DNA of 58,956 nucleotides from a virus (Duplodnaviria; Caudoviricetes): IMG/VR virus record IMGVR_UViG_3300019863_000024, positions 1 to 58,956 of that record; one strand, 5' to 3'. Shown piece by piece: positions 50,790 to 58,956 of this stretch (position 1 is its first letter; each line of letters starts with the position of its first letter). The notes under the pieces were generated by a model. It saw only the letters and a program-made list of their open reading frames with translations, ran no database searches and was not told where the DNA came from. The position numbers and the translations under genes were made by a program.

Positions 50790-51057
50790 CTATTTGTTTG
50801 ATTTTCCATTTGAAGCTTTATAATTACTTAAGCTCAATTTTGAGCTGTACTCAGAATCTTCCAATAACCCACTAATGACTATATTAAACTCAAATTCTGG
50901 TAATAGATAGTGTTTTGCATTTCTATTTTGTTCAGTTAAATAGGATAGGGTAAATTTCCCCCTCTTCTAATTCAAGCTCTTTAAATGTATTTCTACATGT
51001 TTTTAATACTTCAGAGTGTTCTTTACCAGTAACCTCAGCAATTCTAAGACTGCTCAT
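50790..51057 (-). pseudogene. Frameshifted Rha-family gene (not in ORF track)
   Basis: MSSLRIAEVTGKEHSEVLKTCR...; removing one G from the G5 run (50958-50962) continues GKFTLSYLTEQNRNAKHYLLPEFEFNIVISG. Confidence 0.7.
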
Positions 51058-51106
51058 TATTAGTTAATGATATAATCTATAAAATCTAACAAATGGAGAT
51101 TTCACT

Positions 51107-54100
51107 ATGCCATGTGACTTTAATAAAAGAATGAATAGCCTGATAAAAGAGTTAAAAGATAATAATGTATCTAAAGAGGATATTGCCATAGCTACAGAAA
51201 GATTAAGAGAGTTCGATAAAGCAAGAAGAACAGTTAATACTCTTAGTGATGCTGTAGTAGTCTCTAATGACACTCCAAACGAGAGGTATGAGCTATTTGA
51301 TGGTGTGTACTCTAATAAAGAACAGACATCATTTATAAACAAATTCAAAGACTGGTATAGTGAGGACTTTGATCATAAAAACGATAGTAATAATGTATTT
51401 GTTTTATCAGGTCGAGGTGGTACAGGTAAGTCAAGTTCAGTCCAAGCTGTAATAAATGAGACTATAGGTAAAAAACATAATCATGCAGATGTTCTATATG
51501 CTACACCTACTAACAAAGCTTCAAAGGTATTAAAAGACTCTTTAAGTGAAGATGAGACTGTTTATACTATTGCTCAATTACTAAGTATGGTTCTTAAGAA
51601 ACAAGCTGATGGTTCTTTAAAGTTAGTTAAGTCTTTAACTTATAATAAGAAAACAGGTCAGATGGAAGAGGTACCTACAAAGATTGAAGAAATGTCATCT
51701 CCTAAAACACTCCTAGATACTTTTAGTGATCTCATAGTTATTGATGAAGCTTCTATGCTATCTACAGATACTATGAATAGCATTATAGAAGAAGCTAAGA
51801 AATATAAATTTAAAATACTTTTCATGGGAGATAATGTACAACTTCCTCCAGTAGACAAAGACTCTATAGATACTTCTGATGAATCACCTGTATTCCTCTA
51901 TCCTACCAAGTTTAGATCTGAATTAAAAGAAAGAATGAGACAAGGAGAAGAATCACCAATACTCCAAGTTACAGATTTGTTTGCTAATCAGATAGAGTCT
52001 AATGACTACTCTACTAAGATTGAAAATAAAAATTATGATGATAGTTTAGAATTTATAAACTCTACACCTAAAGCAATTGAAAACTTCTCAAAAGACTTCA
52101 AAGATAACCCATTACACACTCGATACATCATATTTAATAATGCTTCTAATAAGAAATACAAAACATTAGAGAAGAAGTTAAAAGATAGTATTTATGGGAC
52201 TGGAAGAAGTCAATACTCTAATCATGAACAGATTTATTTCTCATCTCCAGCAATGAATATGCAAGGTCTATCAGGAGAATTTGAAAATAAAAGTTCTAAA
52301 GGTAAGCCTATAGAGATATTTTCTCCAAGTACTGGTGATGAGTATACTATTATAAATAATAACATTAAAAGAGTAGTTGTTAAGACTACTACAAATATGT
52401 GGACAGAGACATCATCAGGTAAGAGTATTAATATAGATATTCCTTTAAGTTTCTCAGTTAACACAGTAGATGTTATAGCTAACGAGTTCATAAATAATGA
52501 TATGAGTATTAACTACAATGCTATAAAAGAAAAGTATGATGAACTCTATGAATATGATAAGAGTGAAGTATTCTACCATATGCCAGTGTCTAATAAACGA
52601 GATATTGAAATTGATACTATAGACTATGATTCAATTAGAAAGGTTGGAGGAAGTAGAGGAACAAGTGTAACTGATGTAGATATTGGTAGTCTTACTACTA
52701 GTATTATTAAAGAGATAAATAAAGACTTACCTCTAACCAATAGTGCAATGTTAATAAACTCACATCAAGCTCAAGGGTCTACATATGATACTGTATACAC
52801 TGATATATCAAATACAACCAATCTAATTAAGAATAACTTTCTTAGCTATAAGTTAGGTACTAAAGCAATGTATGTAGCTACATCAAGACCTAGAAATAAA
52901 CTTGTTCTAGTTAATTCTCAAGATATTACAACTAAAGCAGAAGAGGATAAAGTAATAGAGAGTAAAGTTGTTCCAGATACTAAAGGGTCTTTCATTAAGA
53001 GAGAGTCTGTAATTAAAGAGGGTAATGGTTATAAGAAGATTGATGATAAGTTAGCTGGGACTGTATACGAGAAAGAGTTTATAGACTCAGATGCTAAGTT
53101 ATTTAATATTCCTTTAGCTATAAGATACATACCATCAACTAGAACTTGGTCTATTATGAAGAGGTCAACAAATTTAGTATTTGAGTCTGGTACACATTTT
53201 AATAGAAACGATGCATATAGAGCCTTTAAAGCAGTTGTAGCTAATAAGACTAGAATAGATATTCTTAATGCATTAAAGAATGGTAAAAGCTTAGAAGACA
53301 CTCCAATAACACTAACTACTGATTCAAAAGCATCAGAAGTTAAAGCATATGCTAACTCTATAGGATTTACTCCATTGTCTGGTATATTTGGGTCTTATGA
53401 GAAAGAATATTTAAGACTATTTCAGAAAGAAAATAATAAATCAACTAGAGATAATACATGGTTACTTTCCCATATTGGTAAGTTTCTTGAAACAGGAAAG
53501 GAATTACCTAAAGAGCTAAGGGTTAATGAAAACTCTTCTATAGATGAAGATATCCTAAAGTTATATCATAAAGTAAAAGCTAAAGAATCAAGTGTAATGG
53601 GTTCTGAGATTGGTACAGAGTTTAAGGATAGTCAGAAGCTAGATGAATCAGATTTCAATGTTAGTGAAGACCTAGAAAATACTATAGATAAATTATTAAC
53701 TCATGAGTCTTTATTAAAGGATAATGAATATACAGATGAGTACAGAGAAGATACTAAAAGGATAGCATCTAAGATAACAAGTATGTTTAAAGAAGTATTA
53801 CCTGATTACTCATTCAAATTCACTAAGTATAGACCAATTAATAATGAAGAAACAAAAGGAGCTTTCTCATCTACTCTTGGTTATTTAAATGAAGATAGAG
53901 TCCAATTGATAGCTAACCCTAATAGTCGATTAACTACTGAATCAGAAGTAATGTTACATGAAACAGTCCATGCTACACTAAAGCATATCTTCTCAAATGA
54001 TCCTAAATTAAGGAATAGGGTTAAGATTATACGGGATAACTTTAGAAAAGCTCTTCAAAGCAAATTTGACACTGATAAAGCTATGATTACATTTGTATCC

Positions 54101-57100
54101 TCTAACATGATTAAAGATGATGTATCTGATATGTACCTTGAGATGGAGAAGAGATTTAATTATGTTTTTAGTGAAGAGAGTAATGTTGAAGAGTTTATGA
54201 CATATATGCTTACTAACCCATCAATGCGTGAAGCAGGTAAGATGTTTAATGCTGATGATACTCCTGTAGAAGATAGTAATATTTCTAAAACCTTTTGGGG
54301 TAAATTAAGAAGAATGTTTAGTGAATTTCTTAAAAAGTTTAATAAAGAATCATCTGTTAAAGATATTAAAGTTACCCAATCTGTTGAGAACATCTTTGAT
54401 ACTATGTTAGCAGCTAGACGAGACTATGAACTTAGAAATTCTCAATCTTTAGAAGACTTAGTTTCAGGGTATGTTCCTATACCAGTATTTAACACTGTAG
54501 CAAGGTTTGGAGCAGTAGGCTATACAAAGTTCATAGATAACGTAGAAATGGCTTTAAATAGTAAATTAAGTAAAACAACAAAGGCATTAATATTGAGAGA
54601 GTTTAATAAGATAAAGTATTCACTTAAGAATAATAAATCTTTTAAGCGTATGATGAATGCTCAGAAGTCCTCAGCAACTATAAGTAAAATTCTTAAGAGT
54701 GAAGTTGTTTCATCTATCTGGAATCAGTATTTTAACTCTAATGTATACTCTCCTGATAAAAGTGTTAGAGACTTAATGAGAAGCTTTGAACGTATTGATT
54801 CTGAAAGTAGAAACATGAGAGCATCAATATTCAAAATAATTGAAAATAAGTTACTTGATGGTATAGATAAGGATAGTGAGGGTAAGTATAAATTAACTCT
54901 TGAGAAGAAAGCTAAAGTCATTAAAGACTTAATTCTTGGTAGTGGTTTAAATAAAGTATTTGCTTCCTTAGTTCCTACAGACTTAGATAGAGATAGTGTT
55001 AATGCTGACTTACAATTCTTAAAGGATGATATTGAAACCTTTGCTAAAGATAGTATAGATAATTTAGACTCTTTAGCACTCTATGGGAGAAATAGACAAA
55101 GTAATGAACAATTTCAAGTTATTAATATACGAGGAGCTGTAGGTAGTGAGTTATTCTTTAAACTTAATGATTCACAGAGAGATATCTTAAATAGATATGT
55201 TATTACAAAAGGTTTAAGTCTAATGACTGATACTGAATTAAATAGTATTAAATCTATTGTTGGTAACCAAGATGTTATTCATATGTTAAAGATTATTAAC
55301 TCTACTAAAGCTGAGTATGACTCTGTTGTTTCTCGTGATGGTTATAATGAACCATTCTATTATTCCCTAAATCCAATGTCATCAACACCAAGAACTATTC
55401 GTGTAGGTACTCTTAAAGAAGCTAAAGCAATAGGATCAAGACTTGTTAGTACAGAGCCTGTATTCACTGTAGATAATGTAAAGTATTATAAGTATACAAC
55501 TGTTAACTATTCACCATCTCTTGACTCTGGAGCTATATCTACCTTGAGTACAGACATAGATGGTTATCCAGTGTCTAGTATCCTTAAAAAGCATTTCAGT
55601 AAGATTGATTTAGATGCAAGAAATAAACAGAATGTTAACTCAAAGATTTATGATATGAATACTCAATTACTTAAAAATAATATAAAAGTAAAGTCTTTAA
55701 TTCCTAAGTATAATTCTGCTGGTATGGTAGTAGATTATATTATACCTTTTGATAAATCTGATGTATATGTTCTACAAGATACTAAAAACTCTTCTGTAGA
55801 GTTCTTATCTAACTTAGCATTCCATTATAAAGATAGAGCTAACAGAGTTACTCAAAAGGATAAAGTATTAATTGAGTTACTCAAGCATAAAGTATCAAAA
55901 GAAGATTATAACAAGAATAAAGAGAATTATATACCTCTTAGTGATATTAAAGGTCTATCCTTAGATGATGAGTTCTACATAGCATTTAAGGACATTAAAG
56001 TACCAAGATACTTAGCTTTATATCTTACAGGTGCTAAAAGACCATCACTATCAAACATGAAGCTTACATTAGGTAAACATGAATTATTTGATATGTCTGA
56101 ACATCCAAGTATTAAAAATATAGTAGGTACCTCAGAGAAGTTTCTTGAAGAAGTATTTAGTGAATTTAAACAACAATTGACTCTATTTAATACTGGTATA
56201 GCTATAGGTAACTTTAGTTCAAATATGTATTCTGCAATGAGTGATGGTATTGATCCAGTAACCTTTAGTAAGGAGTTTAAGAAGAATAGTGAAATGCTTT
56301 ATGAGTTTGAACGAATGATTATAGACTTTGAAGATATGAGAACAAAAGTTCGTGCAGGTATACTTGATAGTACAGATAGTAATTATAATCTCTTATTTGC
56401 TAATATAAAAAATAATAAGTTCTTTCCTCTATATAAACAAGGTCATATAACACCTACAGTAGATGATGGAGATATTCTACATGATACAACAATCCTTAGT
56501 AAAGTAACAAATAAGTTTGCAAGGAATAGTAACATTAATAAAGAAATTCAATTAGAAGCTGAAAAATTATCTTATAAGAATGGAAAGAGTGTAGAAGACA
56601 ATTTGTTAACTGCAAAAAGAAATATACGTAATAAGATTAAGGTAGCTATTCCTGATATTATAGCTGATATTAAAGGTAATTTATATGGAAGTGATGAAGC
56701 ATCTACCAAGAAAGTAGCTGAAAAGGTATTAATTTATGGTGATGTAGTAGCTAAAATGATAATGTTAGAGCATAGAGCAAAGAAGAATGATGGTAATTTC
56801 AATTTAGATAATGAAATCAGAGAGTTAGGAGAATTATTTGTAAACTATTCTCACCCATCATCAGGATTTGAACAGTATATAGAGAAAGTAACAGGTTTCT
56901 TATTCCTTAAGTATCTATTTAGAAGTCTTAAAGGGTATTATACCTTAGCTGTTAAGAATCCATTACGTATAGGGTTAATGACAGCTACTGGAGCATTTAC
57001 AGGTATTAATGTATCTTCTCCTGATGATGCTAACTTTAAAAATGGAACTATAGATGCTTTAACCAACAGAGCTAAAGGAGATGACTTAGATGAAGTATTA

Positions 57101-57172
57101 ACAAGTATTTTATCATGGAGAGTAGAAGACATCCTAAGTGGAGGTTTAAATAGTGTTTATACAACAAAGTAA
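51107..57172 (+). CDS. Giant virion protein: Dda/RecD-like SF1B helicase, HExxH zincin-like domain and N4 vRNAP C-terminal-like region
   Basis: GRGGTGKS, ATPTNKA, IDEASM, GDNVQLPP, SHQAQGST, YVATSR; LHETVHA...EEFMTYMLTN; FVNY...FLKYLFRS...KNP; only Cys is residue 3. Confidence 0.8.
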   Translation: MPCDFNKRMNSLIKELKDNNVSKEDIAIATERLREFDKARRTVNTLSDAVVVSNDTPNERYELFDGVYSNKEQTSFINKFKDWYSEDFDHKNDSNNVFVLSGRGGTGKSSSVQAVINETIGKKHNHADVLYATPTNKASKVLKDSLSEDETVYTIAQLLSMVLKKQADGSLKLVKSLTYNKKTGQMEEVPTKIEEMSSPKTLLDTFSDLIVIDEASMLSTDTMNSIIEEAKKYKFKILFMGDNVQLPPVDKDSIDTSDESPVFLYPTKFRSELKERMRQGEESPILQVTDLFANQIESNDYSTKIENKNYDDSLEFINSTPKAIENFSKDFKDNPLHTRYIIFNNASNKKYKTLEKKLKDSIYGTGRSQYSNHEQIYFSSPAMNMQGLSGEFENKSSKGKPIEIFSPSTGDEYTIINNNIKRVVVKTTTNMWTETSSGKSINIDIPLSFSVNTVDVIANEFINNDMSINYNAIKEKYDELYEYDKSEVFYHMPVSNKRDIEIDTIDYDSIRKVGGSRGTSVTDVDIGSLTTSIIKEINKDLPLTNSAMLINSHQAQGSTYDTVYTDISNTTNLIKNNFLSYKLGTKAMYVATSRPRNKLVLVNSQDITTKAEEDKVIESKVVPDTKGSFIKRESVIKEGNGYKKIDDKLAGTVYEKEFIDSDAKLFNIPLAIRYIPSTRTWSIMKRSTNLVFESGTHFNRNDAYRAFKAVVANKTRIDILNALKNGKSLEDTPITLTTDSKASEVKAYANSIGFTPLSGIFGSYEKEYLRLFQKENNKSTRDNTWLLSHIGKFLETGKELPKELRVNENSSIDEDILKLYHKVKAKESSVMGSEIGTEFKDSQKLDESDFNVSEDLENTIDKLLTHESLLKDNEYTDEYREDTKRIASKITSMFKEVLPDYSFKFTKYRPINNEETKGAFSSTLGYLNEDRVQLIANPNSRLTTESEVMLHETVHATLKHIFSNDPKLRNRVKIIRDNFRKALQSKFDTDKAMITFVSSNMIKDDVSDMYLEMEKRFNYVFSEESNVEEFMTYMLTNPSMREAGKMFNADDTPVEDSNISKTFWGKLRRMFSEFLKKFNKESSVKDIKVTQSVENIFDTMLAARRDYELRNSQSLEDLVSGYVPIPVFNTVARFGAVGYTKFIDNVEMALNSKLSKTTKALILREFNKIKYSLKNNKSFKRMMNAQKSSATISKILKSEVVSSIWNQYFNSNVYSPDKSVRDLMRSFERIDSESRNMRASIFKIIENKLLDGIDKDSEGKYKLTLEKKAKVIKDLILGSGLNKVFASLVPTDLDRDSVNADLQFLKDDIETFAKDSIDNLDSLALYGRNRQSNEQFQVINIRGAVGSELFFKLNDSQRDILNRYVITKGLSLMTDTELNSIKSIVGNQDVIHMLKIINSTKAEYDSVVSRDGYNEPFYYSLNPMSSTPRTIRVGTLKEAKAIGSRLVSTEPVFTVDNVKYYKYTTVNYSPSLDSGAISTLSTDIDGYPVSSILKKHFSKIDLDARNKQNVNSKIYDMNTQLLKNNIKVKSLIPKYNSAGMVVDYIIPFDKSDVYVLQDTKNSSVEFLSNLAFHYKDRANRVTQKDKVLIELLKHKVSKEDYNKNKENYIPLSDIKGLSLDDEFYIAFKDIKVPRYLALYLTGAKRPSLSNMKLTLGKHELFDMSEHPSIKNIVGTSEKFLEEVFSEFKQQLTLFNTGIAIGNFSSNMYSAMSDGIDPVTFSKEFKKNSEMLYEFERMIIDFEDMRTKVRAGILDSTDSNYNLLFANIKNNKFFPLYKQGHITPTVDDGDILHDTTILSKVTNKFARNSNINKEIQLEAEKLSYKNGKSVEDNLLTAKRNIRNKIKVAIPDIIADIKGNLYGSDEASTKKVAEKVLIYGDVVAKMIMLEHRAKKNDGNFNLDNEIRELGELFVNYSHPSSGFEQYIEKVTGFLFLKYLFRSLKGYYTLAVKNPLRIGLMTATGAFTGINVSSPDDANFKNGTIDALTNRAKGDDLDEVLTSILSWRVEDILSGGLNSVYTTK

Positions 57173-57231
57173 TCTTATAGTATATAGCTCTATGCGTTAC
57201 GAGGTTAGCTCATATGAGTTAAATATAATTA

Positions 57232-57514
57232 ATTAGACTCATTGTATAGGGAGTAGGTAATTCTTCTTCCTTGAGCATTACTATTAATTAATTTATTATC
57301 TACCATACTTGATAGAATAGATGGGATCATATCTTTATGTAATATACCACTCTTCATAGTATTATACACCTTGACTTATTGCTAATCTTGTTTTTCCTGA
57401 ATTTGGGATCAATTGACTATATGATAGGTGAATCATACATGTATAATCATATGGTTCTATTGTAGTTTCTTTACTAGATAAAGATTCAATCCACTCTAAT
57501 CTCTTATTTTTCAT
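57232..57514 (-). pseudogene. Two short adjacent ORFs, possibly a broken winged-helix gene
   Basis: 57362..57514 (50 aa, AAAGGA RBS) then 42 aa from 57357 ending ILSSMVDNKLI...GRRITYSL. Confidence 0.3.
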
Positions 57515-57716
57515 AATTTTCCTTTAATTTTAATATATTAATGTAATATACATAGTACTTGCTTAACCTAATATTAATGTAGTAAGTAGTAGTAGAGGGG
57601 TCTCTTTTTTTATGAAAGTAATATATATATAATTATATATATATGTATATTAGTATGTATGGTAGGTGTAATATACATATATTCATATATACACCATTGC
57701 ATGAGACAGTATTCTA

Positions 57717-57726
57717 CCCCCCCCCC
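57717..57726. repeat. C10 homopolymer in an AT-rich intergenic region
   Basis: Ten consecutive C. Confidence 0.85.
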
Positions 57727-57940
57727 TATAATGACATTTATACATATATACACATTCTTCCAATAAACTATTAATTAATTTATTATCTATCATATAGCTC
57801 TAATTTAGTTTAATGAATACAATTACTCAGGTACATAGGAGTTTAACGATTGTAGGCTAACCTCGACCTGAGAATGAGGTATTATGAATAATGGTAAAAT
57901 AAAAATAACCTAACTCCCAAATATCTCTTCTATCAATAAC

Positions 57941-58540
57941 TCATAATAAATCCTTTACATTCTTAATCTTTTCAAATTCAGAAGAACTTACAGACATAAA
58001 ATCTTTTGCATCACTCAGCATACTCTCTACTTCTACTTGAATCTCAGAGGCTATTACTTCTTTTGACTTCTTAAAATCACTATCCCAGTATTCTTGTAAT
58101 ATCTTCAAGTTAAGATCACTAACGTATGGGTAGAATACATAAGGACTTAACATAAAGTTTTTCTTATGTCTTTTTATTAACTCAGCATCAGTAAGTTTTT
58201 TTATATACTTTGATACCGTTGGTCTTGAAACATTTCCAGCTAGACTCATTAGACTTGACGTAGTAACTGCAGTACCATCATATGATAATATATTATGTCT
58301 ATTTGAATTTCCATAGATTAAATTCATGATTGGTAATATTGCTTTTCCAGAGTGCATACTAATTTCATTAAATTCTAATATACTTTTTTTATTTGTCATT
58401 CTTAATCCGTCCTTTATTATTTTTACTTTATACTTGTAAGACTTACTTTTTTTAGTCTCTATATACTTACCAGTACTATCTACTTCTTTCTTTCTAACTA
58501 GTTCTTGATAGTCTGGTATAGTTCTAAACTTATTACTCAT
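57941..58540 (-). CDS. RepL-like winged-helix replication/maintenance protein
   Basis: VDSTG, IMNLIYGNSNRHN, HTH SLMSLAGNVSRPTVSKYIKKL, LIKR...FMLSPYVF. Confidence 0.6.
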   Translation of the reverse strand: MSNKFRTIPDYQELVRKKEVDSTGKYIETKKSKSYKYKVKIIKDGLRMTNKKSILEFNEISMHSGKAILPIMNLIYGNSNRHNILSYDGTAVTTSSLMSLAGNVSRPTVSKYIKKLTDAELIKRHKKNFMLSPYVFYPYVSDLNLKILQEYWDSDFKKSKEVIASEIQVEVESMLSDAKDFMSVSSSEFEKIKNVKDLL

Positions 58541-58583
58541 TACTAAATCCTTTAATTGTTATTTAATTAATTGTACCGTATAT

Positions 58584-58717
58584 TAACTGTGAGTTACTTT
58601 TTAAGAAAATAAAATAGTAACTAATAGTTAACTGTTTTAGCCATTTTCTATGTTTTTCTATAAAAAATATTAACTATCAGTTACACCTTAAAACCTCTAT
58701 GCTTCCCACAATATAGG
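58584..58717. promoter_or_regulatory. Operator-like cluster upstream of the RepL-like gene
   Basis: TAACT-N3-AGTTA palindromes at 58584, 58618, 58671; CCCACAATATAGG (reverse complement of the origin repeat) at 58705-58717. Confidence 0.6.
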
Positions 58718-58956
58718 TGTTTGCTCTACTTTTTTTAAAAAATGCTTTTAATATAATATATATATATATTTAAAAAGAAAAAAAAATAAAAAAAAAAAAA
58801 TAAAAAATAAAAAATAAAATAACTCACAAATATTTCTCTAAATCTTATTCTTGTAGTTTAGTAATATAACATTTTGATTTTCTTGATTGTCTAAATAATT
58901 CATTGAATTATAAAGGGTATTAAAATTAATAAAATTTATATTGTTGTTACTTATAT

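Noticed and set aside
1689-57132. Many antisense or overlapping ORFs in the track (e.g. 1689..2150, 20087..20548, 26968..27744, 49673..50131, 51064..51348)
   Set aside because: Shadow frames of well-supported genes; no RBS or recognisable motifs
58740-58830. Poly-A and (AT)n tract as a functional element
   Set aside because: Low complexity near the window end; may reflect assembly error
1-58956. Claim that the phage lacks a DNA polymerase, or that it is an integrated prophage
   Set aside because: Window ends in low-complexity DNA where the replication module would be expected to continue, so absence cannot be concluded; no host genes, integrase or att site seen
1-58956. tRNA/rRNA genes or stop-codon recoding
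   Set aside because: No cloverleaf or T-loop motif noticed; long ORFs are intact in the standard code with TAA, TAG and TGA all used as stops

Overview
Very AT-rich DNA from an N4-like (Schitoviridae-type) podophage. From 5.7 kb to 57.2 kb the + strand follows N4 late-gene order: gp69-like small terminase, large terminase with two atypical (Ala1/Pro1) inteins, tail/receptor-binding genes interrupted by a GIY-YIG homing endonuclease, amidase and holin, portal, gp57-like protein, gp56-family capsid, gp55-gp51-like proteins and a giant virion RNA polymerase (vRNAP). The vRNAP appears split in two: a 3232-aa protein whose only Cys is its last residue, and a 2021-aa helicase/HExxH protein whose only Cys is residue 3, suggesting a disulfide-joined ejection chain. 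The left end carries a compact 569-aa T7-like RNAP on the - strand. Two islands of KilA-N/Rha antirepressor-like genes sit behind a shared two-hairpin leader with swappable complementary 'code' sequences, reminiscent of P1 c4 / P4 CI antisense control. The 5.2-5.4 kb non-coding region has four TTATTCACA DnaA-like boxes and three 13-bp repeats; a fourth copy of that repeat lies upstream of a RepL-like gene at the right end, hinting at plasmid-like replication. No DNA polymerase, primase, integrase, tRNA or CRISPR array was seen, but the window may not be the full genome. RBS and promoter style suggest a Campylobacterota host (inference). All homology calls come from motif recognition by eye, not database searches.
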